Below are positions 41,652 through 51,747 of a stretch of DNA of 64,000 nt, in pieces (positions within the stretch are counted from its first letter, which is position 1; the number at the start of each line of letters is the position of its first letter). Source of the stretch: Verrucomicrobiota bacterium (GTDB lineage: Bacteria; Verrucomicrobiota; Verrucomicrobiia; Limisphaerales; UBA9464); assembly GCA_016871615.1 (NCBI GenBank), contig VHCX01000003.1:30189-94188 (forward strand), in the 5' to 3' direction. Both the position numbers and the translations under genes were made by a program. Below the pieces are notes generated by a model, which was not told the DNA's origin, searched no databases, and saw only the letters and a list, made by a program, of their open reading frames with translations.

Positions 41652-42923
41652 ATGGATGCAAGGGACGTGAGATTCCAACGCGTGGGTCTGCTCGGGATCG
41701 GGGCCTTCACCCAGGCGCTGATGCGTCACCTGCGACGCGACGGTGCGGAGGTGCTGACCTACCTCACCCGCGACTATGGCCACGAGGGCCCCCGCCAGGA
41801 GGGCCCCTGCGTCTCCAACCTGGAGGTGCCGGACCCCTGCCCCGTCTTCGGCGCCTGGAAGCCCGACTTCTTGGTGCCGATGTCGCTCGAGTGGGCGCTC
41901 AAGCCCTGGACCGCCGACCTGATGGCCTTGGGCATCCCCATACTCTGCCCGACCGGCGAGGGCCTGCGGCTCGAGCGGGAGCGCGGGTTCGCCCGCGACT
42001 TGTGCCAGCGCCACGGCATCCCCTTCCCCCGCTCCCACCACGTGCCGACCCGGGCCGAGGCCGAGACCCTCGTGCGGCGTGAGAAGCGGCCCTTCGTGGT
42101 CAAGAACCCGCTGTGCTCACCGACGAGCCCCATCCACACCATCGTCTGCGAGACCCCGGAGGACACGCTGGCCTGGCTCCCCCGCGTCGATGACGCCGAA
42201 GGCATCTTCCTGCAGGAATATCTTGGACGCCGCGAAGCCGGGCACATCGCGCTGGTCAGCGACGGGCAGATCCATTCGCTGGTGACCAACCAGGAGTACA
42301 AGCGGGCCTTCGACGGCAACCGGGGCATCGTGGCCGGCGCACCGTTGGGCGGGCTGGTGGAGCGCGATCCCGGCGACCGGTACGGGCTGGCCCGCGAACT
42401 CCTGGCGCCGCTTGAGCCGTGGTTTCGAGAAGTCGGGTTCCGCGGGCCCGTGCAGGTCACGGCCATCCGCCACGACGACCGCTGGCATGTGCTCGAGTAC
42501 AATGTCCGCCTAGGCGTGACGAGCGGCCCCATGATCGCATCGATGCTGGCCAACCCGCTGGACACCTTCGGCCGGTGCGCGTTGGGCCTGCCGCTGTCTC
42601 CCCGTTGGCGCAGCGGCCGCGAGTTCGGCTGCAACCTGACGCTGGCCGGCTACGGATACCCCTTCACGCAACTCATCGGCCCCCGGGTGCCCGTGACGGT
42701 CGACGGCACCTTCGAGGGCGAGGTCTGGTGGCAGGAGGTGGCCCGGTCACCGCTGGGCGGGCTCGAGGCCACCGGCCACCGCATCGCCGATGTGACGGCC
42801 CTCGCCGGCACGATGGACGAGGCGATCGCCCGGGCCTACGCGGACATCCGCCGCATCCGCTCGCTCGGCAGCTACCACCGGACCGATGTCGGCCGATCGC
42901 TCTGGCCCCCGGGCAACCCATGA
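41652..42923 (+). CDS. Divergent PurD-like ATP-grasp ligase (probably not canonical GAR synthetase)
   Basis: Collinear with PurD from the ATP-grasp core to the C-terminus: [10 protein letters not shown].. vs QDHKRVGDKD.., VLEYNVRLG vs [44 protein letters not shown] vs GGRVLCVTALG.T..EA...AY.....I....CFCRKDIG. It lacks the N-terminal GGREHA, AAGKGV and GPNTGGMG motifs. Confidence 0.75.
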   Translation: MDARDVRFQRVGLLGIGAFTQALMRHLRRDGAEVLTYLTRDYGHEGPRQEGPCVSNLEVPDPCPVFGAWKPDFLVPMSLEWALKPWTADLMALGIPILCPTGEGLRLERERGFARDLCQRHGIPFPRSHHVPTRAEAETLVRREKRPFVVKNPLCSPTSPIHTIVCETPEDTLAWLPRVDDAEGIFLQEYLGRREAGHIALVSDGQIHSLVTNQEYKRAFDGNRGIVAGAPLGGLVERDPGDRYGLARELLAPLEPWFREVGFRGPVQVTAIRHDDRWHVLEYNVRLGVTSGPMIASMLANPLDTFGRCALGLPLSPRWRSGREFGCNLTLAGYGYPFTQLIGPRVPVTVDGTFEGEVWWQEVARSPLGGLEATGHRIADVTALAGTMDEAIARAYADIRRIRSLGSYHRTDVGRSLWPPGNP

Positions 42924-44077
42924 CCTACCCCGGATCCCGCCCCCGCTCGGCCTGGGTCGAGGTGGACCTCGACCAGTTCGCCCGGAACTGGCGCCTGCTC
43001 CGCCGCGAGATGCCCTCCGACGTGAGCCTGATGTTCGTCGCCAAGGACAACGCCTACGGACTCGGCACCGTCGAGGCCTCCCGCGTGGCCCTGTCGCACC
43101 ACGCCGATTCGCTGGCGGTGTTCACGCTCGACGAGGCGCAGGAACTCCGGTTTGCCGGTATCGACGCCCCGATCCTCCTGCTCGGGGAACGCCTCGAGGA
43201 GGAGGTTCCGCATGTCCTCGACCTCGACCTTGAGCCCTGTGTGGGATCGGTGGAGTTGGCCGAGGCCTTCGCACGGGCCGGGTCGGTCCGGGGCCGGCCG
43301 GTTCCCGTCCACCTCAAGGTGAACACCGGCATGAACCGGTTCGGGTTGACCTGGAGGACGGCGGCGGCGTGGAGCCACCGGATCGCCGGCCTCGGCGGGC
43401 TCGAGTTCCGCGGAGCACTCAGCCACTTCGCCCAGAGCGACGAACTCGACAAGGGGTTCGCCCGCACGCAGTCGGATCGATTCAAGGCGGTGTTGCAGGA
43501 CCTGGCCGCCGTCGGCATCCGCCCGCGCTGGATCCACCACTGCAACTCGGGCGGGGTGCTCGACCTGCCCGACGCCCATTTCAACCGCGTGCGTGTCGGC
43601 CTGCTGGCGCAAGGGGTCTATCCCTCGGAGGTCTGCCGGCGGATCGACGGGATTGCCCCGGTGCTCTCGCTGCGGGCGCGGTTGACAGCGATCCAGCCGC
43701 TGGAGACCGGCGACACGGTGGGCTACGGCATGCGCTGGCGCGCGGAGGGCCCCTGCCGCATCGGCGTGCTGTCCATCGGCTACGGCGACGGCTACCCACG
43801 GCTGCGCAACCAGGGCCACGTGCTGCTGCACGGTCGACGGGCGCCGCTGGTGGGCGGCGTGACGATGGACGCGCTGATGGTGGACCTGTCCGGCGTGCCG
43901 GAGGCCCGGATCGGCGACGAGGCGGTGCTCATCGGCCGTCAGGGGGCCGAGTGCCTGACGGTGCAGGAACTGGCCGCCCTCCGGGGCACGGTCACCTACG
44001 ATGTGCTGGCAGGCCTGCGTGAGCGCCTGCCGCGGGTGTACCGCGGTGGCGCCACGGGTCGGGTGGACCGGGGCTGA
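42920..44077 (+). CDS. alr: Alanine racemase (PLP-dependent, fold type III)
   Basis: The ATG at 42920 overlaps the upstream stop (ATGA). WVEVDLDQFARNW, VAKDNAYGLG (PLP Lys), HLKVNTGMNRFG, SHFA, VGYG, IGYGDGYPR and TMD are Alr motifs in order. Confidence 0.82.
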   Translation: MTYPGSRPRSAWVEVDLDQFARNWRLLRREMPSDVSLMFVAKDNAYGLGTVEASRVALSHHADSLAVFTLDEAQELRFAGIDAPILLLGERLEEEVPHVLDLDLEPCVGSVELAEAFARAGSVRGRPVPVHLKVNTGMNRFGLTWRTAAAWSHRIAGLGGLEFRGALSHFAQSDELDKGFARTQSDRFKAVLQDLAAVGIRPRWIHHCNSGGVLDLPDAHFNRVRVGLLAQGVYPSEVCRRIDGIAPVLSLRARLTAIQPLETGDTVGYGMRWRAEGPCRIGVLSIGYGDGYPRLRNQGHVLLHGRRAPLVGGVTMDALMVDLSGVPEARIGDEAVLIGRQGAECLTVQELAALRGTVTYDVLAGLRERLPRVYRGGATGRVDRG

Positions 44078-44158
44078 TCCAAGCCCGTCCCGCCGACGGC
44101 GGCCGTCGGCACCCCAGGTTCGCCGGAAGGCGTCGACGACGCGGCCCGGCACCACCGA

Positions 44159-46426
44159 TCACTGCAGATCCATCCAGGCGCTGGCGGCGGAGACCGGGTC
44201 GGCCCGCTCGTCCAGCGAGGCCAGCATCGCGCGGGCCTGGCGGGTGACCTTGCCGGAGAAGCGCACCTGGCCATTGGCCAGCACCCGCACCGGCTGGTCG
44301 AGGTCCAGCAGCCGGTCGGACAGGCGGAGCCGCAGGCGCGCGGGCACGTCGCCCCGGAGCACGATCTCCTGGCCCTCCACCCGGGCCACGAGCCGGGCGC
44401 GATCGCCGATCGGCACCTCGGCCGGCACCTGGAGCCAGTAGAAGCGTCGGTGCACCACGTCGTCCTGCTGCCAGACCACCTTCGTGGGCCAGGCCTTGCG
44501 GACGAACCCGGCCATCCAGGGCACGCCCTCGGCGTCCTTCTTGTTCATCCAGTGGCCGAGCCCCTCGTAAATCTTCACCTGATGGACGTACCCACCGGCA
44601 TCCTCACGGGCGAGGCGTTCGAGTTCGGCGCCCCGCTCGGCGGCAATGCGGTTGCGGTTGTAGGCCGCGTCGTTGCCGCCCATGAAAATGGCGAAGGGAA
44701 GGTTGCGAAGACCGAGCAGCGAGGCCTCGTTGGGATGGCCGGCCATCATGGAGGCCGCGGCGAACCGGTCGGCCATGCGGGGGGCCAGTTGCCAGACCCC
44801 GTCACCTCCGGCGGAGTAGCCCATGAGGTAGACGCGGTCGGGGCTCACGCCGCGCACAGCGACGTAGTCGTCGATGAGGCGCTGGAACATGGGGTCGATG
44901 TGGCCCTCATGCCACAGGTTCCAGGTGTCGGTCGGGGCGCGGGGAGCGACATAGAATCCCTCGGCGGGTTCGTAGAGGCGGATCTGGTTCTGCCACTGGC
45001 GATCGTTGACCTCTTTGGGCGCTCCGCCACCGCCATGCATGGAGATCCACAGGCTCCGCTGGCCGGTCGGCGCCTTGCCGAACTCCTTCTCGAGCCAACG
45101 CAGCGTCTTGCCGTCGTGGGCCAGTTCCTTCTTCTCCACCTCGGCGGCGCGGTCGGCGGCCAGGCGGGCCAATCGGTCGGCGGCCACGAGGCCCAGCACC
45201 CGCTCGGACTCGGGCCTTGAGAGCGCCCGGGTGAGGACCTCGGCGTCTGGGGAGCGACGTCCCTCGGGCAGGTCGAGCCACTCGCGCAGGGCGTCCACCA
45301 CCGGCGAGGCCGGAGTCAACTCGTCCCACCGTGCATCGACGGTCGAGTCGCCGGCCGCGAGCGGTCCGAAGGCCATCTCCCGGATTTCGGTGCCGACGGT
45401 GAAGCGCAACCACCCCTGCGCCCCGGGGGCCAGGCTGAAGCGGGGCATGTCGTTGAGGTCGGCCCGGCCGGCCTTGGTGTCGGCCACGGCGCACGAGCGG
45501 CGGACCCCATCGAGCACACAGACCTTGGCCGCCATGCGGGCGCCACCGGCGCGGTCCCAGAGGCGCACGCCCAGCGCGGCGATCTCGACCGGCGCGGCGT
45601 CGGACCGGGCGTAGCGGGCCGTCACGTTGACCGCCGGCACGTCGGTGCTGTCCCGGGCCCAGACCATCGGGAAGGAGAGTCCGCCATCGCGCTTCCACGA
45701 GGTGGCGTAGATGGCGTGGCGCGGCTCGTTGGCCCGGGCCTTGGAGGCGTCCCCGACGAACCATCCTCGGTCCAGGCCCCCGGCGTCGTACTCGTCGGCC
45801 CCGGCGAAGTGCCAGTCGCCGTCCCAGACCTCGACCCAGGTGTGGTTGCCCCGCTCGTTGGTCCACATCGGGGTTCCCACGGCGCGCGCCGGAATGCCCA
45901 CCGACCGGCAGGCCTCCACGAGGATGATCGAGAGCCCGGTACAGGTGGCTTTGCCGAGCGCCTTGGATTCCCGGAGGCTCTGGTTGGGCCGCTTTCGCCC
46001 CGTGTTGTAGTGCACGTTGACCCGCTTGAAGAGCTCGCGGTTCAGGGCCTGCGCCGCCGCGCTGGCGGTCCGGGCGTCCTTCACCACGTCGCGTGACAGG
46101 ACCAGCAACTCGGCGCGCCAGGGATCCCGGGTCTCGTCGAAGACCGCGTAGGGCAGCACGTCATTGAGGAAGATCGCCTCCGGGACCTTGACGGCCCACG
46201 GGAACTCCTTCCGGACGCGGAACGCCAGGTCGAGGTTCTCGAGGAGGAATTCGTTGGAGAGGCCGGTCCGGTCGGCCTCGGTCATGTGCTCGGCCAGGAA
46301 CCGGGCGGCCGCCTCGCCATCCGCCCCATGGAGGTCCCGGGACGCCGTGAAGAAATCAGGAAGGCTGGCCGCCCAGCCCAGGCCGCCGAACCAGAGACCC
46401 AGCAACACCGCACACATCCATCGCAT
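44159..46426 (-). CDS. Secreted fusion protein: N-terminal transglutaminase-like cysteine-protease-fold domain + C-terminal alpha/beta-hydrolase (esterase) domain
   Basis: From ATG 46426: signal MRWMCAVLLGLWFGGLGWA. Transglutaminase-core-like motifs are GKATCTGLSIILVEACRSVGIPAR (Cys) and GNHTWVEVWDGDWHF (His). The C-terminal part has HGGGG, nucleophile elbow GYSAGG and GLGHW. Confidence 0.8.
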   Translation of the reverse strand: MRWMCAVLLGLWFGGLGWAASLPDFFTASRDLHGADGEAAARFLAEHMTEADRTGLSNEFLLENLDLAFRVRKEFPWAVKVPEAIFLNDVLPYAVFDETRDPWRAELLVLSRDVVKDARTASAAAQALNRELFKRVNVHYNTGRKRPNQSLRESKALGKATCTGLSIILVEACRSVGIPARAVGTPMWTNERGNHTWVEVWDGDWHFAGADEYDAGGLDRGWFVGDASKARANEPRHAIYATSWKRDGGLSFPMVWARDSTDVPAVNVTARYARSDAAPVEIAALGVRLWDRAGGARMAAKVCVLDGVRRSCAVADTKAGRADLNDMPRFSLAPGAQGWLRFTVGTEIREMAFGPLAAGDSTVDARWDELTPASPVVDALREWLDLPEGRRSPDAEVLTRALSRPESERVLGLVAADRLARLAADRAAEVEKKELAHDGKTLRWLEKEFGKAPTGQRSLWISMHGGGGAPKEVNDRQWQNQIRLYEPAEGFYVAPRAPTDTWNLWHEGHIDPMFQRLIDDYVAVRGVSPDRVYLMGYSAGGDGVWQLAPRMADRFAAASMMAGHPNEASLLGLRNLPFAIFMGGNDAAYNRNRIAAERGAELERLAREDAGGYVHQVKIYEGLGHWMNKKDAEGVPWMAGFVRKAWPTKVVWQQDDVVHRRFYWLQVPAEVPIGDRARLVARVEGQEIVLRGDVPARLRLRLSDRLLDLDQPVRVLANGQVRFSGKVTRQARAMLASLDERADPVSAASAWMDLQ

Positions 46427-46619
46427 GACGGGACCGTGCCCCAAGGGACCCATCCGGGTCAAAGCAGGCTGCGAAGAGGCGGGCGGATACGGCAGGAGCC
46501 CGGGACCCATCGATGTCGAACGGCTTGACCCCGCCCACATCCGGGCTCTTTTGATGTAGTTGGACCCGCAAGTTTGTTCTGGTCTGAGTTTCGGGCCGGG
46601 TTCCATCGTCGGTTCAAGC

Positions 46620-49600
46620 GTGGAACATCGCCGTTCAACCCGTCCGAGTACCCGCAGGGCCGGGTCCACCCTCGCCGCCCTGGCGCTGTGGCTCCGCCTC
46701 ACGGCGGTGGCCACGTTTGCCGCAGGACCCGACTTCACCACCGAGGTCCGGCCCATCCTCTCGCAGCACTGCTTCAAGTGCCATGGGCCCGATGATCTGT
46801 CCCGCAAGAGCGGCCTGCGCCTCGACCTGCGCGACGCGGCGGTCCGGCCCGCGAAGTCGGGTGCCGTCGCCGTGGTCGCGGGCAAGCCGGCGGAGAGCGA
46901 ACTGGTCCGGCGCCTGCATGCGACCGATCCGGACGAGGTAATGCCGCCGCCGAGCACCCGTCAGACCCTGACTGCCGCCGAGAAGAAGACCCTCGAGGCG
47001 TGGATCGCCGCAGGGGCCGACTACGTGCCGCATTGGGCTTTCCAGCGTCCGCGGGAGGTGTCGCCCCCGGAGTCCCCCGATCCGGACTGGCCCCGCAATG
47101 CCATCGACCGCTTTGTGGCGAAAACCCTGCGGCAACGGGGCCTCGAGCCCTCCGCGCCGAGCGATCCGCACACGCTGGCCCGGCGCGTCTCGCTCGACCT
47201 CATCGGTCTTCCACCGACGCCCGAGGAGATGGAGGGTTTCCTCCGGGACCCGGGCGATGCCGGCTACGAGCGCTGGGTGGACCGCCTGCTGGCGTCGCCC
47301 AGGTACGGCGAGCGATGGGGGCGTCGCTGGATGGACCTCGCCCGGTACGCCGACACCAACGGCTACGAGAAGGACCGCACCCGCAGCATCTGGCCCTGGC
47401 GCGACTGGGTGATCCGCTCCCTCAACGCCGACATGCCCTTCGACCGGTTCACCCTCGAGCAGCTCGCGGGCGACCTGCTGCCCGGGGCCACCCGGGACCA
47501 GCGCATCGCCACCGGGTTCCACCGCAACACCATGCTCAACGAGGAGGGTGGCATCGATCCGCTGGAATTCCGCTTCCATGCCATGACCGACCGGGTGGCC
47601 ACCACGGGCACCACCTGGCTCGGCCTGACCCTTGGCTGCGCGCAGTGCCACACCCACAAGTACGATCCGATCCCGCACCGGGAGTACTACCGGATGATGG
47701 CCTTCCTCAACAACGCCGACGAGCCCGACCTTGATCTGGTCGAACCGGCCGACGAGGCCCGCCACCGGGCCGACCTCACGGAGGCGGACGCCCTGGTCGA
47801 ACGCCTTCCGGAGAGCTTTCCGATCGAGGAGGCCCATTGGTCGACCGCGACCCTGCTCGAGGCCCGGTCGCAGAAGGGATCCGAGGGGCGCCGTCTGGAC
47901 GACCAGTCGGCCCTCTTCACCGGCCCGGCGCCCGACACGGACACGCTGACGCTGGTGGTGTCGACGACCGAGTCCGGGGTGGATCGCCTGCGGCTCGAGA
48001 CGCTGCTCGACGACGCGCTGCCGAAGCGCGGGCCCGGCCGGGTGGCCCACGGCAATTTCGTGCTCAGCGAACTCAAGATCACCGCCGCGCCGCTGACGTC
48101 GCCCGGCCCCCCCCGGCGCGTGGTGCCGACCCGGGCGCAGGCCGACGTCGAACAGTCCGGGTTCCCGGCCGGCCAGGCCATCGACGGCCAGCTCCAGACC
48201 GGCTGGGCGGTCGATGTCGGCGGGGGGCGTCTCAACCAACCCCACCACCTCACCGTGCAGTTCCAGGAGCCGGTGTCCTTCCCGGGTGGCACCCGGTTTG
48301 AGATCACCCTCGAGCACCAGAACGCCGCCCAGCACCTCATCGGACGGCCCCGGATCCAACTCGGTCGGCCCGCCGCCGACCCACGACCGCTGGCCGAACG
48401 CCGGCGCGCCGCCGCCGAGGCCGCCTTCGAGCGCTGGCTGGCCGAGGCACGGAAGCAGGTCGTGCGCTGGACGCCCCTGAAACCGACCTCTGCGACCTCC
48501 ACCCTGCCCCGCCTGACCATCCAGGACGATGCCTCGGTCTTCGCCGACGGGGACATCAGCAAGAGCGACACCTACCGGCTGGCCTTTCAGGCCCCGGCGG
48601 CTCCCGTCACGGCGGTGCGCCTTGAGGCGATGCCGGACCCTCGCCTGCCGAAGCAGGGCCCGGGCATGGCGTATTATGAAGGCCCGAAGGGCGACTTCTT
48701 CCTCGGCGAACTCACCCTGAGCGCCGGAGGGCGGGCGGTCGCCTGGGCCTCCGCCACCCAGAGCCACGGCAAGAACGCCTTCGGAGCCGAGGCCACCGCG
48801 GCGCATGCCGTCGACGGCGATCCCCAGACCGGCTGGTCCACGGCGGGCCGGGAGGGGCAGCGCCATGAGGCGGTCTTCGTGCCGAAGGAGCCCATCCCGG
48901 CCGGCTCCGAGCTGCGCCTGGAGATGCTCTTCGGCCGACACTACGCCTGTTCGCTGGGCCGGTTTCGCGTCTCGGCGACCGCCCACCCGGCCGGGGCGCG
49001 GGCGAGCAGCCTGCCTGCGGAACTGCAGGACCTGCTCATGGCGCCGGAAGGGTCCCTGACCGAGGCGCAAAAGGCCGATCTCCGGAGGCACTTCCTGCTC
49101 ACCACCCCGGAACTGGCCGAGGCTCAGGCCCGCATCGCACGGCTGCGGCAACGCCCCACGGGCCGCACCACGCTGGTCTTGCAGGAGCGCCCGGCCGACC
49201 ACCCGAGGCCCACCTTCCTGCACCGCCGCGGGGAGTTCCTGCAACCGGCCGAGCGGGTCGAGGCCGGCGTGCTCTCGGCCGTGGCGGAGTTCCCGCAAGG
49301 ACTGCCCCGCAACCGGCTCGGCCTAGCGCGATGGTTGGTGTCGCCCGAAAATCCCCTCACGGCGCGGGTGACGGTCAACCGCCAGTGGCAGGCCCTCTTC
49401 GGGCGGGGCCTGGTCCGGACCACCGAGGACTTCGGATACCAGGGCGACAGCCCGAGCCACCCGGAGCTGCTCGACTGGCTGGCGATCGACTTCATGCGCC
49501 ATGGCTGGTCGCTCAAGCGGCTGCATCGGCAGATCGTCCTGAGCGCCACCTACCGCCAATCCTCAAGGATCCGGCCCGGAGGATCGCCCGGGCATGATCC

Positions 49601-50231
49601 CGAGAACCGCTGGTTGGCACGCGGGCCATCGGTGCGCCTGGAGGCCGAGGTCATCCGGGACGCGGCCCTGCGGGCCAGCGGGCTCCTGTCCGAGACCATG
49701 GGCGGCCCCGGGGTGTATCCGCCCCAGCCGGCCGGCGTCATGGAAGCGGCCTGGGGCGGGGCCGCCTGGCCCACCAGCCAGGGCGCCGACCGCCACCGGC
49801 GCAGCCTCTACACCTTCACCAAGCGGACGGCTCCGTTCGCCATGTTCAACACCTTCGATGCGCCGACCGGCGAGTCATGCCTGGCCCGACGGGACACCTC
49901 CAACACGCCGCTGCAGGCCCTCACGCTGCTGAACGACGTGTTCTTCATCGAGGTCGCCCAGGCGATGGGCCGCGACCTGGCCCGGGCCCACGGCACCGTG
50001 GGCGAACGCCTGCGCCTCGCCTTCCAGCGGTGCCTCAGCCGGCCTCCGTCCGCCGACGAACTTGCCACGCTGGAAACCTTCTGGCGGAACCAGCTTGCGC
50101 GCTTCCGCTCCCGCGATCTCGATGCCGCCGCGGTGGCGGGGCCAGGGGACGGGCCCCTCGAGGAGCGGGCGGCCTGGGCGGCGCTGGCCCGCGCCCTATT
50201 GAACCTCGACGAGATGATCACCAAGGGCTGA
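46620..50231 (+). CDS. PSCyt1 + DUF1549 + DUF1553 domain protein ('PSD1/planctomycete cytochrome C' family)
   Basis: ILSQHCFKCHGPD (PSCyt), IDRFV..LARRVSLDLIGLPPTPEE..RYGERWGRRWMDLARYADTNGYE (DUF1549), CAQCHTHKYDPI and the C-terminal DUF1553-like region. The start is uncertain: GTG 46620 gives a signal-like N-terminus, and the track start 46560 is a TTG. Confidence 0.88.
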   Translation: MEHRRSTRPSTRRAGSTLAALALWLRLTAVATFAAGPDFTTEVRPILSQHCFKCHGPDDLSRKSGLRLDLRDAAVRPAKSGAVAVVAGKPAESELVRRLHATDPDEVMPPPSTRQTLTAAEKKTLEAWIAAGADYVPHWAFQRPREVSPPESPDPDWPRNAIDRFVAKTLRQRGLEPSAPSDPHTLARRVSLDLIGLPPTPEEMEGFLRDPGDAGYERWVDRLLASPRYGERWGRRWMDLARYADTNGYEKDRTRSIWPWRDWVIRSLNADMPFDRFTLEQLAGDLLPGATRDQRIATGFHRNTMLNEEGGIDPLEFRFHAMTDRVATTGTTWLGLTLGCAQCHTHKYDPIPHREYYRMMAFLNNADEPDLDLVEPADEARHRADLTEADALVERLPESFPIEEAHWSTATLLEARSQKGSEGRRLDDQSALFTGPAPDTDTLTLVVSTTESGVDRLRLETLLDDALPKRGPGRVAHGNFVLSELKITAAPLTSPGPPRRVVPTRAQADVEQSGFPAGQAIDGQLQTGWAVDVGGGRLNQPHHLTVQFQEPVSFPGGTRFEITLEHQNAAQHLIGRPRIQLGRPAADPRPLAERRRAAAEAAFERWLAEARKQVVRWTPLKPTSATSTLPRLTIQDDASVFADGDISKSDTYRLAFQAPAAPVTAVRLEAMPDPRLPKQGPGMAYYEGPKGDFFLGELTLSAGGRAVAWASATQSHGKNAFGAEATAAHAVDGDPQTGWSTAGREGQRHEAVFVPKEPIPAGSELRLEMLFGRHYACSLGRFRVSATAHPAGARASSLPAELQDLLMAPEGSLTEAQKADLRRHFLLTTPELAEAQARIARLRQRPTGRTTLVLQERPADHPRPTFLHRRGEFLQPAERVEAGVLSAVAEFPQGLPRNRLGLARWLVSPENPLTARVTVNRQWQALFGRGLVRTTEDFGYQGDSPSHPELLDWLAIDFMRHGWSLKRLHRQIVLSATYRQSSRIRPGGSPGHDPENRWLARGPSVRLEAEVIRDAALRASGLLSETMGGPGVYPPQPAGVMEAAWGGAAWPTSQGADRHRRSLYTFTKRTAPFAMFNTFDAPTGESCLARRDTSNTPLQALTLLNDVFFIEVAQAMGRDLARAHGTVGERLRLAFQRCLSRPPSADELATLETFWRNQLARFRSRDLDAAAVAGPGDGPLEERAAWAALARALLNLDEMITKG

Positions 50232-50239
50232 AGCCGCCG

Positions 50240-51703
50240 ATGCACCGAACGATCTGCCCAATGAATCCCCTGCCCTTCCCCCCAGACCACGTCGGCCGAC
50301 GCCAGTTCCTCCGCGAGTGCGGCGTGGGACTGGGCAAGATCGCCCTGGCCGGCCTGCTGACCGACGGCCTTCGAGCCAGGGCGTCCACCCCCCCGGGAAC
50401 CGGCCCGGGCCTGGCCCCGAAATCCCCCCACTTCGCCGGCACGGCCAGGCGCGTCATCCACCTCTTCATGGGCGGCGCGCCCAGCCAACTCGAACTCTTC
50501 GATTCCAAGCCCGCGCTGGCCAAGCTGGAGGGACGCCCCCTGCCTCCGTCGGTGATCGGCGGACAACGCTACGCCTTCATCCGCCCCGACGCCGCCGTGC
50601 TCGGCCCGCGCTTCAAGTTCGCCCGGCACGGCCAGTCGGGCACCGAGATCTCCGAGGTGCTCCCGCACCTGGCGAAGATCGTGGACGACATCTGCCTGGT
50701 CCGCTCGGTGCGCACCGACCAGTTCAACCACGCCCCGGCGCAGATCTTCTTCAACACCGGCTTCTCGCAGCCTGGCCGGCCCAGCCTGGGATCGTGGGTC
50801 TTGTACGGGCTCGGCTCCGAGTCCCAGAACCTGCCGGCCTTCGTGGTGATGAGCACCGCCGGCGGTCTCAGCGGGGGGGCCGCGCTCTGGTCCAGCGGAT
50901 TCTTGCCGACGGTGCACACCGGGGTGCGGCTGCGGAACCAGGGGCCGCCGATCCTCAACGTGGACCATCCGCCCGGGATCGACGGCCGCCTCCAGCGCGA
51001 CACGCTCGACCTGGTCGCCGACCTCAACCGTCGACGCCTCGGCGAGGTGGGCGACCCCGAGATCGCCACCCGGATCGCCTCCTACGAGATGGCCTTCCGG
51101 CTGCAGACCTCCGCCCCGGAGCTGATGGACCTGCGCGGGGAATCCCGCGAGACGCTGGCGATGTACGGGGCCGATCCCGACAAGCCGTCCTTCGCCCGCG
51201 CCTGCCTGCTTGCGCGGCGGATGATCGAGCGGGGGGTGCGTTTCGTGAACCTGTACCACGAGGGCTGGGACGCCCACTCCGACGTGGTGGGCAACGTGCG
51301 CTCCAACGCGGCCACCACCGACAAGGCCAGCGCCGCCCTGGTCACGGACCTCAGGCAGCGCGGTCTCCTGGACGACACGCTGGTCATCTGGGGCGGCGAA
51401 TTCGGTCGGACCCCGATGGTGGAGTCCAACCCTGCCCTCGGCCGCAGCCAGGGCCGGGACCACCACCCGCAGGCCTACAGCATGTGGCTGGCCGGCGGCG
51501 GCATCCGCGCCGGCGTGAGCCACGGGGCCACCGATGAACTGGGGTTCCACGTGGTGGAGAACCCGGTGCACGTGCACGACCTGCAGGCCACGATCCTGCA
51601 CTGCCTGGGCTTCGACCACGAGAAGCTCACCTTCCACCACGCCGGCCGCGACTACCGTCTCACCGACGTGCACGGGCAGGTCGTGCGGGCGATCCTCGCC
51701 TGA
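50240..51703 (+). CDS. DUF1501 domain protein (sulfatase-like fold), partner of the preceding PSCyt/DUF1553 protein
   Basis: From ATG 50240: Tat-type signal GRRQFLRECGVGLG. IHLFMGGAPSQLELFD, DHHP and the terminal RLTDVHGQVVRAILA are typical of DUF1501. Confidence 0.9.
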   Translation: MHRTICPMNPLPFPPDHVGRRQFLRECGVGLGKIALAGLLTDGLRARASTPPGTGPGLAPKSPHFAGTARRVIHLFMGGAPSQLELFDSKPALAKLEGRPLPPSVIGGQRYAFIRPDAAVLGPRFKFARHGQSGTEISEVLPHLAKIVDDICLVRSVRTDQFNHAPAQIFFNTGFSQPGRPSLGSWVLYGLGSESQNLPAFVVMSTAGGLSGGAALWSSGFLPTVHTGVRLRNQGPPILNVDHPPGIDGRLQRDTLDLVADLNRRRLGEVGDPEIATRIASYEMAFRLQTSAPELMDLRGESRETLAMYGADPDKPSFARACLLARRMIERGVRFVNLYHEGWDAHSDVVGNVRSNAATTDKASAALVTDLRQRGLLDDTLVIWGGEFGRTPMVESNPALGRSQGRDHHPQAYSMWLAGGGIRAGVSHGATDELGFHVVENPVHVHDLQATILHCLGFDHEKLTFHHAGRDYRLTDVHGQVVRAILA

Positions 51704-51747
51704 CCCGCCGCACCGCCGCACCGGACCTGCCCGCCTGCCTGCCCGCC

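Noticed and set aside
46427-46957. N-terminal 177 aa of track ORF 44159-46957
   Set aside because: It has no coding-like composition and overlaps the start of the divergent PSCyt gene. ATG 46426 gives a clean signal peptide.
46635-49298. 887-aa minus-strand ORF, plus 49808-52912 (minus strand, 1,034 aa) and 52327-56100 (plus strand, 1,257 aa)
   Set aside because: These are antisense shadows of the PSCyt/DUF1553, DUF1501 and 1,146-aa genes. Extreme Arg/Gly/Pro/Ala/His content and no motifs.
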